Positions 51,940 through 64,000 of a DNA stretch of 64,000 bases are shown here, piece after piece. Every line of letters starts with the position of its first letter. Position 1 is the stretch's first letter. A model generated the notes under the pieces. It was not told the origin of the DNA, made no database searches, and saw only the letters and a list, made by a program, of their open reading frames with translations. The stretch comes from Camelus dromedarius (Eukaryota), in the NCBI RefSeq assembly GCF_036321535.1, contig NC_087472.1:93932001-93996000 (forward strand). Direction: 5' to 3'. Both the position numbers and the translations under genes were made by a program.

Positions 51940-53980
51940 TGAAATTTTTAGTTTGAGTATTCTAAAATTATACATCTAATTTGTACCACCTCAGAGTATA
52001 CTCATAAACATCTTTCATACACCCAAGTTTGTTAGGTAGAGCTAGTATGACTTTAAAGTAAACATTTTAGTCATAGGTAAAGGGAAACTAAATTTCTCAA
52101 AAATATCCCATTAAGATAAGGAAAGACTAAAATCAGTGAAATGAAAATCCCTTCACACAATAGTCTGCTATCATGTATAATTAAAATCTCATTTGGGTTT
52201 TAGAAGTCTAGGAAAATATTCCCATTCAAACATAAGCTGCTTATAAAGAACTGGGGAAGATGAAACAGAGGGCTTTATTTTTTCTAATCGTATATAATGT
52301 CTGTATATGTGTGTTAACATTTTAGAATTTGTATTAATATTGAAAGATTAATTTGCTTCAGTTGAGAAAATATTTACTGAACACCTACTCTGTGTGTGGC
52401 ACTATGTTATGTTCTGAAGATATAAAGGAGACATGGTACCTACCAGCAGGCAGATCACAACCTAGTGGGGAACAGCCAATCAGATAATCACTAACTTCAA
52501 GAGCAACAGGAAGAAATTACTATAGTAACAGAGAGATGGGTGCTATACCTTTATAGAAGTGATTAGGAAAAGCTTAATAAATGAAATGGTATTTTACCTG
52601 GACTTTTATGTTTTCAAAAAGAGGGGATAATGTGCAGAGCAGTGTGATCATGAGTAACAGAGGGGAAGGAAAAATTATCAGAGAACCTAGAAAATTATAT
52701 TTTAGGCAATTAAAATGTTCATACTATGTATTTTTTCATAATATATACTGATAATTAGCTATTTTATAAGCACATGCAAAAATATTCCACTTACTAAAAC
52801 CTTTTAAAGTTTCACAAAATGTTGATTTTGATTTAACAAAATTATTTTAATGCAGTGACAAAGTGTTGATTTGGTAATATGCAGAAAATGAGAGGAGCAA
52901 AACTGAGAAAAACTAATACATTCTATTAGAATAGTTTTGAAATAGAATTTTGTCATCTCTTTAGACTCTGGTTGTATGTGTATGTGTGTATGTGTTGAAG
53001 AGGGGAGAGGGGTGATTTAACATGTGTGCAGGTGTCTGATGAAAAAAATTTAAAACTTATAGACCATATTGGGCTTTTGTAAATAATTTGTCTGTCTATC
53101 TGTCTGTCTATCTATCTATCTATCTCTCTTTAGAGTTTTTCTCATACACACACAAAAAATTAATAAATATAGATTGTATGTGAGTGCCAATGGAAAACTA
53201 TTTTAACAAAACCACCTGTTCTTGGCCTTGATCTGAAATTGAGAATTTGCTCACCTAACTGGTTAGAATTAAGTCATGACATGCAATAGCTGCTGGCAGA
53301 TAAGATGGTAGGAAAGTAGTTAAACTTTCTAGAATATAAGATTTTTGGAATGTGTATCCTAGGGCATTTAGACATTGTTGCTGCATAGATGCAACTATCG
53401 TAAGGAATGGATTGTAGGCTGTGTCTCACCGTATAATTTTCCTCTTCCTCCCTTTTCTTTTTTTCCTGGGAGTTACAGATCAGATAGTTACCTAGAAACC
53501 TAACACATGTACTTTTCCCACACCCCAAACTCACTCCGTGGAGATGGCTTGTATGGAGACGCATTTTAGTGAGCAGGGATTATAGAATTATAGGATATCA
53601 TTCTGGAAACATAGTTACTTGATAATTTCTCATCCAAAACCTAAAATAGCTCTTAGGAAGAGCTGTTGAACTAAGTAGATCAATTACTATTTTTATACTA
53701 TCATAATAATCTAGAAGAAAAAGTTCTGTACTAAGCACTTTAAATATATTATTTAACTTAACGTGCAAAAAATATAGCCATATACACATAGCCATAAACA
53801 CATAGCACATTTCCAACCCCCCAAAAAGTTGCTTTTGAAATATACATATGTATTATATCATTTTTCTGAAGAAATAACTGGAAAATAGCAAAACTGGCTT
53901 GAGAAACTGAATTCTTCCAAATGTGGATGTTGAGTGTTAGCCAGCTTTATTAATTTCATTGGAATATCCAAATGCAAGCA
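51940..53980 (-). pseudogene. Copy III: EBLL N-terminal/RdRp region with a nested L2
   Basis: YYDSIKIVIDLLSSTALPKSYF~[23 protein letters not shown] (ORF 53598-53816); HSLQSI..SKCPRIHI~HTLLSI..AKWPPVHL (ORF 53274-53564); GFSKWN motif A-like (~52795); KQLMFEWEYFPR~RQLDQMFNCGYFFR (~52230); TWV/VYEY~CWVSDCLYEY (~52010). Confidence 0.8.
52355..52650 (-). mobile_element. L2 3' fragment nested in the EBLL
   Basis: aaatatttactgaacacctactctgtgt.tggcactatgtta..cacaacctagtgggg is an antisense L2 tail. Confidence 0.75.
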
Positions 53981-54049
53981 TCTAGATATGAGTATCTTAA
54001 CAAGAATCATATTTCTATTTCAAATAGCTTAAATATTAGTTTGCAATAT

Positions 54050-55200
54050 TATACATGTTAACTACAAAACTATTATTACCAGTCTCTTTTATTTAGTCAC
54101 TGAACAAACCTTAGCTTTCATAAATTGTCTTCACCTTCAGACTGTGACAGATATGTCATCTTTTAGTTGTCTGATTGACATTCCGTACTGTAGTGTGTAC
54201 TGCAGGGTTTGTGTACCTCACACTACATGTTTTAAACCTGTTTGTTAACAGTTGTGTGGTAAATCTCTCTGGGTCCTTCATAGTTCTGCGTGTTTTGCAA
54301 GCAGGGCACTAAGTGCCCTATTTTACCAAATCTCTTTTCAAGGATATTTACAAAGCAAAAAGCCATGAAACATAAAGGCTAAAGCTGCTCCAAGAGGAAT
54401 ATGCATCCTTTTAAAAATGACTTTAATATGAAACTGATTGTACAATGCAGTTAGAGAAATTTTAATTACTAAAATTATAAAGTAAAATGTAATAATATAC
54501 ATCTTCAACAGTATTTTAATAGAGATTTCAACTAGCTATTGTATTCCAGCTAAATTAAACTTCCTTTGTTCTTCTATTAAAATTTTACACATCTACTTTC
54601 ATGCATGGTGTTCAAAGTTTAATTTGGGAAAGCTTCACTTTATTTAGCAGTAAATTGAAGCAAAAAGAATATGAAGTAAGAAGTAGAAGACCTGGGTTAC
54701 TTTTTGCCTTTTTTACATTCTAATCAAATGCCTAATCAGAATTACCCAAATATATTTGATGTCTACTTTCCCATAAAATTGGCAATTAAAAAAATCTACC
54801 CTAACTACTTTTTCCTCACATCATTGTGTAGATTAAATGAAATAAAGTAAGTGACACATTTTCCCATATTATACAGTTTTCTATAAAAGGCAATTGCTTA
54901 TTTATGTCTATTTTGGTTTATTACAAAAAGGACTTGATGCAGTTTATAATCTTAGTAGATTGAACTGATGCAAATCCCCTTGGATCCCCATCTCCACTAC
55001 TAACAATTACAAGCACATAAAAATGTTGGATGAAATATATTCCAGGAAATTCAAATATTTTTGCAATATACGCCAATCTGGAAAAAAAATGTACTCCCAA
55101 TTTATCAGCCAAGAGTAATGAACAAAAATACAACAATAAGAGAGTAATCTTATGCCACAGAAGTTTAAATTATTCATTTTTGAACCTGAAGCTAGAACCA
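54050..55200 (-). pseudogene. Copy III: G C-terminal subunit fragments, interrupted by an LTR piece (~54243-54400) and a MIR
   Basis: SLLLADKLG~SLLLGVFG; ILQKYLN~FLRSWLN (54920-55200); GLKHVV*G~GLKRVMWFG (~54230). Confidence 0.6.
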
Positions 55201-55229
55201 TAAAATAAATCTCTTCCTAACAGCAAGAT

Positions 55230-56730
55230 CTTGGATACACACTACAACATGAATGGAACTCAAAAGCATTATGCTAAGTGAAAAAAAAAAAAGATGCAAA
55301 AGGTTACATACTGGGCTACATACTTATAGCTAGAATGGAATAAACTCATCTCTCCCTGCTCCTCCCTGATAAGTACAGCTAAAGACAGTCCTAGGAGGAC
55401 TCGGAAATGTGGAAAGAAGAGGGCAGACTGGGTAGGGACTCTGTGGTCTTGAGGAGTGACGTGACAGCAAGTTCCTTGTTTTTTTCCTTTTCTTATTTAT
55501 TCTTTTTTCTTCTTCTTCTTCTTCTTCTTCTTTTTTGTTTTTAATGTTCTATATAGCCTGATTGGGCATTGGATTAATGTCTAATATAGAACACCAAACA
55601 GGCACATACCCAAAGAAGCCCAAAGAAAAGCCTGATTTCTCAGTTACAGGATGAGAAAAGGGGCAACCTAGGATAATAGAAACTTTTTTGACAAATAACC
55701 AAACACCATGGATGCCCCCAAGCCCTTCCGCCATGAGGTCCTTGGAGACTGAGTGAGAAGTCTGGACTTGACGCTCTTCTGCTGGTGATGGCAAGAGGAG
55801 CCCCTTACCTTCTAAACTAGAGAGTTGGAGAATCTCAAAGAGAGGAAGAAGCAGGAGAAAGAGATGCTTTAAACTTGCATAGGAAGTCCTGGGCAGACCA
55901 CTGAGCAATGCACGTGTGAAACTGACCCAAATTATCACACCTAACGGTTCAAGAACTGAACTGTAGTGTGGAATAATATTCAGGTGTTCAGAGTGTTATC
56001 TGAGCAATTAACTTCATAAATAGAGTTGATTAGGAGAGCAAAGTCTCTGAAAATTAAATTGTCATTAGATCCAATACCCTCAAAAGTGGGCCAGGACCTC
56101 TGTGCTAACCCCAAACAGGGTGACTGCCTGCTAGAAGCAAAGATTTACCCGGAATTCGTTAAATCTTTGATACAATTGCAAATCGCTAGTCACACCAAGA
56201 ATCAGTAAAATTAAAGCCTGAATGAGAAAACGTAGTCCAGAGATGGGAGTGCCAAGATGACTCAGATGTTGGAATTATCTGGGAAGGATTTTTAAAGCAG
56301 TTACCATAAAAATGCTTCAGTGAGCAACGCTTAAAATAAATGAAACAGAGAAAATATCAGCAAAGAAATAGAAGGTATTTAAAAGAGCCAGGTAAATGGC
56401 TCAACCCAGGGAAGAGTTAGCCACCTGGGATATCGTGGACATTTAAAATGTTAAGAATATCATGAAAAACTATGCCCATACATTTGACAAAAATGTTAAA
56501 AATGAAAAATTATGTATAAAAGCATAGCTTAGAAGTTTAACTTAAAAAGGGAAACTCAGAATAAAAATAGAAAAAAAAGACTGAAAAGTGAATCAGTCAA
56601 AATGAACCACTCAAATGAAGCACTGGGATGATATAATTTTATATTAGTTATTTTTCAAGGAAACATAACCCCTGTGTTATACAAAGTGATTCAGAAAATA
56701 GAAACAGAGGAAAAGCATAATTACTGTTAG
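55230..56730 (+). mobile_element. Old L1 fragments (3' piece, 5' end/ORF1, ORF2)
   Basis: catgaatggaactcaaaagcattatgctaagtgaaa; gatgactcagatgttggaattatctg..atatcagcaaagaaatagaag. Confidence 0.7.
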
Positions 56731-56849
56731 GTTAAATTTTTATCTTACGTTGGTAGATTAAATTTCAACTTAAGTTTTTGACTGAAATTTCATGTGTAGT
56801 GGAAGTACAAATAATTTATTTCCAAATAACAAAATGTCAAACTCTACCA

Positions 56850-57335
56850 TTCAAAAAATGTCAAACCTTCAGATACATTTTAACCATGGACAATATATAT
56901 CACTAGGTAACTACATTGCTTCATGTTTTAAATAGACTGGTTTTCTATGAGCTGGTGGTGCTTTTGATTTTGAAATAGTTAATCAGAAGCCATTATTTCT
57001 GACAGTAATTAGAGAGTGGATCCAGTTTCCTGTTACAGCCACTTACGTATATATGACAACAAATAAATACATCTCTGACACAGAATCATCTCTCAGTCTG
57101 TGAGTGTTCATCTTTCTATTTCCTCTACCAGAAACAGGACAAATGAGACTACAGGAGTACCCAAATAGTTGATTCAAAACTGTTGTAAAATCATAAAAGC
57201 ATAAAGAGATGCGTGGTGGAATGAACACATTTCTGTCCGCTTTACAGGACACGACTTACCTGTTCCTCCAGAGACAGTACCTACTGAGCCTTCTCTCGTA
57301 ATAGCGTTACAGGTTCTAATACTCAACAGGAACCG
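56850..57335 (-). pseudogene. Copy III: G N-terminal fragment
   Basis: TCNAITREG~SCNTDSTPG; VVSC~VISC; LFGYS~FFGSYS (ORF 57043-57252). Confidence 0.55.
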
Positions 57336-57632
57336 AAAATCTATATTGAGTTCTTCATTACTGTTTTACTTAAAACCAATTCCTGCCCTTGGAAGGATAT
57401 GCCAGGAAAATATCAATAAAAATGTCACTCTTAGTGTAGATGTAAATTGCTGTTGCCTTTCTGGAGGCAAATAGACCTCATATGTTGAAATTTAAATGTG
57501 AATGCAATTGGATCCAGTAGTTATTCTGTTGAAAAGCAAGGAGTAGAAAGAGCAGTTATTAAGAACATTGATCCTGATGCTAGACAGGATGTGTGAAAAT
57601 CCCAGATCTAACATGTACTAGCTGTGTAAACT

Positions 57633-57763
57633 CTTTTTTAATTAAATTTTTTTTACATTGTTGGAGTATAGCTGTTTTACAGTGTTGTGTTAGTGCCAGT
57701 TGTACAGCAAAGTGATTCAGTTCTATATATACATATATATATTCTTTTTCAGATTCTTTTCCA
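57633..57763 (-). mobile_element. Short young L1 3' end with TSD gctgtgtaaact
   Basis: ttggagtatag..gtacagcaaagtgattcagtt; duplicated flank at 57621 and 57764. Confidence 0.8.
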
Positions 57764-58549
57764 GCTGTGTAAACTTTTTACCATCACTTTTTACCTTCAG
57801 TGCAATAAAAAGATAATAATAGCACCTTTCTCACATGACACAGGATTTAGCACACAGTATTATCTTAAAGAAATCATTGTACAAGTGCTCCGAAAGGGAT
57901 GTACAAGAGTCTTCCTAACAATGTTTTTTCCTGAAAGCTTAAGACAGTAATCTACTTAAATGACAACTAGCATAGAAGTTGTTGAAGCCTTGCATTTATA
58001 TATCTTGGATCACTGTACCCCTATACATAAAGGAGATATATATAGTTCACACTACAGAATGACAAGAGCTTCAGTACAAATTGTTGAGTGGCAATTGCAG
58101 ATTGACAAACACCATATTATTTAATTTGCCTGTAGAATGTAAAAAAAAATTTGTCTTACAACTATTTTAATACATATATTTAAACCCATAGAAAGAGATC
58201 TAAAGGTCTAAACACTGAATTTACACCAGTAGGTATTTTGGGGAGGGGACTTGAATTTTGGTGAGGTCAAGAGGAATTTTTTTCCGCATGTAATTTTAAT
58301 GAGATCTATGCATGTATCACTTACTTAATTTAAACAAATTTAAAATTACATGGAAACAGCACAAATTTTATAAGTTGTTTTCACAATGTGGTAAAGAAAT
58401 GTTGACCAGAGACAATCAATGTTGCATTTTGAGAATAAATTTTGAACAGTATTTAAATGGTATGCTTGCCTGTTAAGCCAGTGGACCTATGCTTTGTGGT
58501 AATAAATGAACAGATTTAAAAAAAATAAAACAAATTACCCTTTTGGTCC

Positions 58550-59450
58550 AGATATCCTGGACCTTATCCATAGAGTTAATAAGCACCCTCAAAATTTGAA
58601 GGTTGGAAAATTCTGCCTGGATGCCTTATATAGTTAAGTTTTTTAATCAGATATGGTACATGAAGGAACATTTCCAGAACCCAGGTAGGAGAAGCCTTTG
58701 GTATATAAAGTTCAAAGTGTTGGGTTTTCATTTATAAAATTTATTTTGCCAGTATATGTGAAGTTGACAATTTAAATCTGAGCTCTTAAGCCCTCATTCA
58801 CCAAAGTCACATGACCCATCACCAGCCCCACAAATGTCTCATTCCTGGATTAATCAGTCAATATTTAGATGCTGAGAAACAATTAAATGGGACACAAATA
58901 ATAAAGCTTAAAGGGCTATTTTTAAAAGATCAAATATCTTAGAATGCATCAGTTGCCACAAACAAGGTAATAGAAAGACTGAAATACATCTTTTCCAAAT
59001 TGCCATCTACTCAGCTTAAAGTAAAACCTGAAGAAATAGGATTCAGAGGAGAAACCATGTAATTAGGAACAAACACAGTGCTAAGAATTTCCGTATCTTC
59101 AGAATTAGATTATAAAATATTACCATTTTCCATCACCTTTCTTTTCCCAGTAGGTCTAAAAACAAATCCAAAAAGATCACAATGTCGTGAAGCTGTGATA
59201 TTCATGAAGCCCTGTCTTGATCAGATTAAAATAATGAGAAGGCTCACATACAAAAAAGTTTATGTAATAATATCTAAAAAAATGCATTAAGCCATAAAAC
59301 AAGTCTAAGCAAGTGAACAGTTCTGCTTTTTCCTTTGATGACAAAGTTGGTGTTTTATTGAAAGTTCTTAAAACACTAACCAAAATCACTGTGTGTATTT
59401 TTCTGCTGCTCTAAACATTTAGTTTGCCTTTTGAGTAAGCTGGCATTAAT
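58550..59450 (+). pseudogene. Copy III: EBLN
   Basis: KVIERLKYIFSKL~QIKKRFKTMMAAL (~58965); KPCLDQIKIMRRLTYKKVY~KEFMDQIKLVASYAQMTTY (59219). Confidence 0.65.
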
Positions 59451-59699
59451 TTCTGCAAAAAAAAAAAAAAAAAAGAGGAACTCTATAATAATGTCCACTT
59501 CCATTAATAAAGGAATAAAATGGACATTTAATGCTCCCATTAGAAACTGTTGTAATTTTCCTAATTATACATATATTCTGGTACATAATGAGATATTCTG
59601 TTTTTTAATTCCAGATTAAAAACTATTTTCCTATTTCAAATATTTCGTATTAACTCAAATGTAAGTTTTAGTTTGTACATGTTCTATATCTTTTCAATG

Positions 59700-60060
59700 T
59701 ATTATCAGAATTTTTATTGACCAATGTCATTTGAGACAAAAATTGTAAGTATCACCTCATTAAAGATAATTGCAGTTGATGAATTCATGAAAAAGAGGAA
59801 GGATGTGTAAATGCATAGACTGTCTTATTACATAATAGTTGATATATAAAGTTCTAAAATGGACAATGCATTCTGTATTTAAACAGGTAATTGCAAATTC
59901 ATTAGTTTGTAAATTTATAGCATTATAATTTTAATGTGAATCACATAAGTTGACTTTTCAAAAAACATCTTTTTTTGTGAAAAGCATGCTAAACCTCTTA
60001 GTGATTGCAAATAAAATTTAGACAAAAGAAAAATATATTATTCTACTATTTTGAGATTCT
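59700..60060 (+). pseudogene. Copy III: P remnant
   Basis: IAVDEFMKK~LSNDELIKK (59778); DI*SSKMDNAF~[10 protein letters not shown]. Confidence 0.55.
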
Positions 60061-60119
60061 CGAAGGATGCAAGTGTCTTATCTCAGTATCTCCAGGACTT
60101 TATCCTGTGCAGATACTCA

Positions 60120-61270
60120 GAAAGTACACTCTTTTGAGTGCTCAAAGAAGAGGGACATAGACCCTATCTCCTGATGGTTCGTGTATTCTTGTAAGAAAAG
60201 CATGTGGGTTAGAAGATACTCTTGTGGCTGTTTATGGAAAATGCAATCTGGCACAGGCAGATTGAAGGGACACTGTACCAAAGAAGATATACAGATGGAC
60301 CAATAAACAGAAGAACAGACTACCAGCATCATTAGTCATCAGGGAAATGCAAATGAAAACCACAATAGATTATTACTACACACCCACTGGAACGGCCAAT
60401 TAAAGAGATGGACTAGACCTAGTGTTAGTATGTGGAGCAACTGGAACATTCAGACATTGCCAGCGGGGATGCAAAAGAGCATAACCACTTTGGAAAACAG
60501 CTTGGCAGTTTCTCACAAAGTCAAAAATACTCTTACCATATAAGCCAGCAATAGCACTCCAAATTGTTTACCCGAGGGAAATGAAGACATATGTCCACAC
60601 AAATATTTCCATACAAAAGTTGATAGCAGCTTTTTTTCATATTAGCAAAAATCTGGAAACAACTCAAAGCCCATGAATAGGTGAAAAAATAATCAAATTT
60701 TGGTATTTATAGAATTCTACCCAGCAGTAAAAGGGAGCACATTACTAATACATGCAACAACATGGAAAATTTTTAAAAGCATTATGCTGTGCAGAAGGAA
60801 CCATGGAAAAGAATGCATATGATTCCATTTATGTGAAATTTCAGAAAACATAATGACCAAGAACAGACCAGTGGTTGTCTGAGGTTGAGAGTAGGTGAGA
60901 GGAAAACCACCTCCTGGAAGCTGGGGAGTAAGCCTGCTTTAGGTTTACCCAATCACGTACTCCCTCTCAGGAATTTGAATCTAAGGAAATGGTGTGGTGA
61001 TGGAAGGGTGGTTGAGAATTTAGTTGTGCATGTCATGACATGATGACAGCATCTAAGTCCCGGAAAATGATGCCAAATCAATATCACATTCTGGCAGCTT
61101 TGGTAGCGTGGCATTGGTGTGTCTACATTCCTCAGATCCCTTTGTTTTCTTGTCATCTCCTGAGCTTGGTTCATAAGCCTTAGCCTTCTTATTGATTCTG
61201 TAAGCTACAGCAATTCTTCCAATAAATTTACATTCGGCCGAAGTTACTTGGAGTCAGCTTCTGTTGCCTT
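60120..61270. mobile_element. MLT fragment (-), L1 3' end (+, 60250-60900) and MLT1-type LTR (+) separating P and M of copy III
   Basis: cattagtcatcagggaaatgcaaatgaaaaccacaat (L1); aataaattta..gtcagcttctgttgc (MaLR 3' end). Confidence 0.8.
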
Positions 61271-61294
61271 AAAAAAAAAAAAGGAAGATAAAAA

Positions 61295-61705
61295 CTGACT
61301 GAAACAGACTCCTAGGTGCTGAATAATGAAAAATTTTCTTATTATGCAGCAGGAAAACTTTTCAGTAGGGAATTCAATGGGGAAATAGTATTGTGTGCAA
61401 TATACCTAATGATACCATTGTTTTCAGTGCACCCTGGCTTACAATACAATCGTATTCTAAGAATCATCATACTTCATCTTAATTTTGCAGATGATGGTAA
61501 TAAATTGCCTGGCTTCTTGATCTTTCATCTATCAAGGTCCTTCATTTGGGGCTGCTTAATTTTAAAACTCAGGCTCAAATCAATATCCCCCTCTGGAATA
61601 ATCTCCTTTGTATTGGAGAGTTTCTTATTGTGTCAGTTGATAATTCTATTGATCAGCTTCAAGTTCACCTTTGATGCTGATTCTGCTCTTATTTCTAATA
61701 ACTGA
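61295..61705 (+). pseudogene. Copy III: bornavirus-like matrix (M), stop-free for 129 codons but without ATG
   Basis: EFNG..YLMIPLFSVHPGLQYNR..GNKL..IFHL~DFVG..FLNIPFLSVKEPLQLPR..GHSL..YFQI; ISFKF~FSYRL. Confidence 0.8.
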
Positions 61706-62309
61706 CTCTTTGGCTCTGTACTTGGCAAAGGCCTTTTCTTCTTACTCTAGTTAATCACTAGATCCTTGTTATTTCCCCATCTCTGAGCAGACATCTTAGT
61801 ACCGAGTCCCTTTAACTGCCTTGGTACTACCTTAAGCCAAGCCTCCGTCATGTTGAGCATTGCCTTTTAGTAATTCTATTGATTACCAGTCAACAGATTT
61901 CCCCAACACCATTTTCCTGCCAGAACATCTGCTGGCTGGCCTCCAGTGGACATTGCTTATTACATGGGCAGGCTGCCTGCTTGCTTATCTTCTCCCTACT
62001 GCCTACTAGCAAATTCCCCTAGCACTCAAATAGCGGGTCCAGGTTCTTACTATTAATTGCCAGAATCTTCTCAGACCATGTTTCCTATAGCTTGATAAAG
62101 TCTCTGGTTCCTAGGTCTCTTGGTGTATCCACTCAGTTTTCATGGATGATTTGGTAAAATCATAACTTTTGTTTTCATTTTTAGTGTAGTTAAAATCCTT
62201 TTTTATTCTTATACTTGGCTTAGTTAGATTAGATTAGATTTCTCATATTAAGTACTCTCTCTCTCTCTCTCTCTCAGTGTATTTAGACAAACTTTCATCA
62301 TTATTGAAG

Positions 62310-62640
62310 CTACCTAGGAAATTTCTGGAAACATTCTCCAAATTTAAATTTATACAAGAAGATATTCTCGGTAGAGTCTTTGTAACATTGTGAATTTACT
62401 TCCTCTGTCTGAAAACAGGTGCATAACAGAGGCTGAATTTCAACAGGAGAAGTAGATTTTCTCAGTGTCCTACCTATTTTCATTTCATTTTCATTATGTT
62501 TTAGATTAAGGTTTTTCTTTGATGAGATCAATATAATAGTAGAGTGTTGTTGGTCAAAACATGTAACATTAATATTTGGAGATACATTTTTTCTTCTATT
62601 GCCTCACAAAATAAATATATTGGAAGACTATCTTTTTAAT
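62310..62640 (-). pseudogene. Copy IV: P remnant
   Basis: IGRTLRKSTSPVEIQPLLCTCFQTEEV..C.KDS~[27 protein letters not shown]..C.SDS (TL, E, QxE in register). Confidence 0.5.
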
Positions 62641-62645
62641 GTATG

Positions 62646-63139
62646 TGTGAAAGAAAATACTGCAATGTGAGTGAAAATACTGCAACCATATCAGCAAACA
62701 AAGAATGCTGAAACCAAGTCATTAGCGGCTGCCGCCACCCCTCAGTGGGGACAGGCCTGCAGCCGGCCCTCTGCACCCACTCACAATGGTGCTCTCTGAG
62801 CAGACTCAGAATAAGAAAGAACAGGATACTGGCCCTAGATAGCTAGATGCTTGTCAAAGGAATGAATTCAATGAGCCCAAATATTTGCTTCCTCCCATAC
62901 ATAGAAAAGCACTAAATTCTTTAACTTGAGATGCCTGGTTTTCTTTAGTTAACGAGTAATCTTTTAATGTTCCAACTACCTGGTCTTTGTTGTAAAGCTC
63001 CTATATATCTTAGCTCCTCCCCTACCTCTTCGGAGCAGTCCCTCAGAGCGATCTGAGAGGCTGTCATCCCGGCTCGAGTCCTCCCGCCAAATAAAACATA
63101 ACTCTTAACTTTTAGGCTGCGCATTTATTTCAGTCAACA
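62646..63139 (+). mobile_element. ERV1-class solo LTR
   Basis: TG..CA ends, TATA, AATAAA, 4-bp TSD TATG, 20-bp tandem duplication at the 5' end. Confidence 0.9.
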
Positions 63140-63149
63140 TATGTAAGTG

Positions 63150-63900
63150 TAGAAGCAAAGTCTGTATCCACATTTTATGGTTTTCATAATGTAAAACCAC
63201 TTGGAACTGGGACTCTGCCAAAGTTTATGAATGCATCCATGCTATTTATCTGGATTGGTACTTTAGAATGTTTATCAGGACAAATGTACACTCTGTACTT
63301 CCTAATGAAAGATAGGCAGATATGGGAATATATTTTGTATTGATATTAATACAAATTTTAATATTGGGATTGGTATAAATGCCTATTTAAAGTTGTCAGA
63401 GGCATTTAATTATATTCCATTTCAAAGGACATTTCATTCTGTTTATTTGAAATTTTATTCATGAGAAAAATATCTAATGTTATGTGTACAGTTATGATTA
63501 GCCTCTCTTTACATAAATAATTTACCATGTATCACTTGTGGACAAAAGTATAAAAACAAACTATTGCTACATACATTACTACACACATATATATTACTAC
63601 CAGTCTTCAGGACTATTGATATGATAGCTAATGATTCCCAATGTCCCATTGATTTGGGTTGGCTCTCAGAACAGTAATGACTGAAGGAGCAGATTTCAGT
63701 TTACTTCTGGCAAAATTTGTTAAAAAAGAATAGATTGATGATTGCTATTCTTATATTGAAACCAACGTGTTGGGCCAGCATTCTTAAGTATTGAAATAAG
63801 GATTGTAAACAGTTCCATCATTTAGGTGTTTAGGGATGTAGTTTGTGGCCAGTTCATTCTGATAGACTTACATTAGGGCAATATTCTTTTGTTTTCTTTT
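63150..63900 (-). pseudogene. Copy IV: EBLN
   Basis: ILKNA~IRQNA; SILF*QILP~SLVFLCLLIP; AFIPIPIL~ATLTIPVV; NIFPYL..LS..TF~DLFPFL..LA..SF (~63320). Confidence 0.6.
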
Positions 63901-64000
63901 CAACCCTAAATCAGATATTTTTGATTCTGTTATTTTATTCTCAATTAAGTGAATTTACTCACTTGTTTTTTAAACTTACTCAGGCTAAACTGACTTTTTT

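Noticed and set aside
49331..63139. A 13.8-kb provirus bounded by the two LTRs
   Set aside because: Each LTR has its own TSD and no gag/pol/env lies between them

Overview
AT-rich mammalian genomic DNA, most likely from a camelid (tRNA-derived camelid-type SINE at ~43.0 kb). I recognise no intact host protein-coding gene. Much of the sequence between the LINE/LTR/DNA-transposon relics translates, through stops and frameshifts, into decayed bornavirus proteins. There are at least four multi-gene endogenous bornavirus-like (EBL) remnants in viral gene order. Copy I: N-P-M-G-L, + strand, ~37.9-42.8 kb. Copy II: N-(P)-M-G-L, - strand, ~48.8-44.0 kb. Copy III: N-P-M on + (58.5-61.7 kb) with G-L on - (57.3-51.9 kb). 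Copy IV: N-P, - strand, 63.9-62.3 kb. Further L-polymerase fragments lie at 4-7, 10-12, 17, 27, 28-31 and 32.8-37.8 kb. One L C-terminal segment is tandemly duplicated (period 1954 bp) with a GC/CpG-rich monomer resembling a collapsed virus-derived macrosatellite. L2, MIR and MER58 elements nested inside viral reading frames imply a very old integration. Also present: RPS13 and NME1-NME2 retrocopies, solo LTRs, L1 fragments and ancient segmental duplications in the first 28 kb. All viral assignments are manual translations compared with BoDV-1 protein sequences recalled from memory, so boundaries are approximate and need tBLASTn/HMM confirmation.
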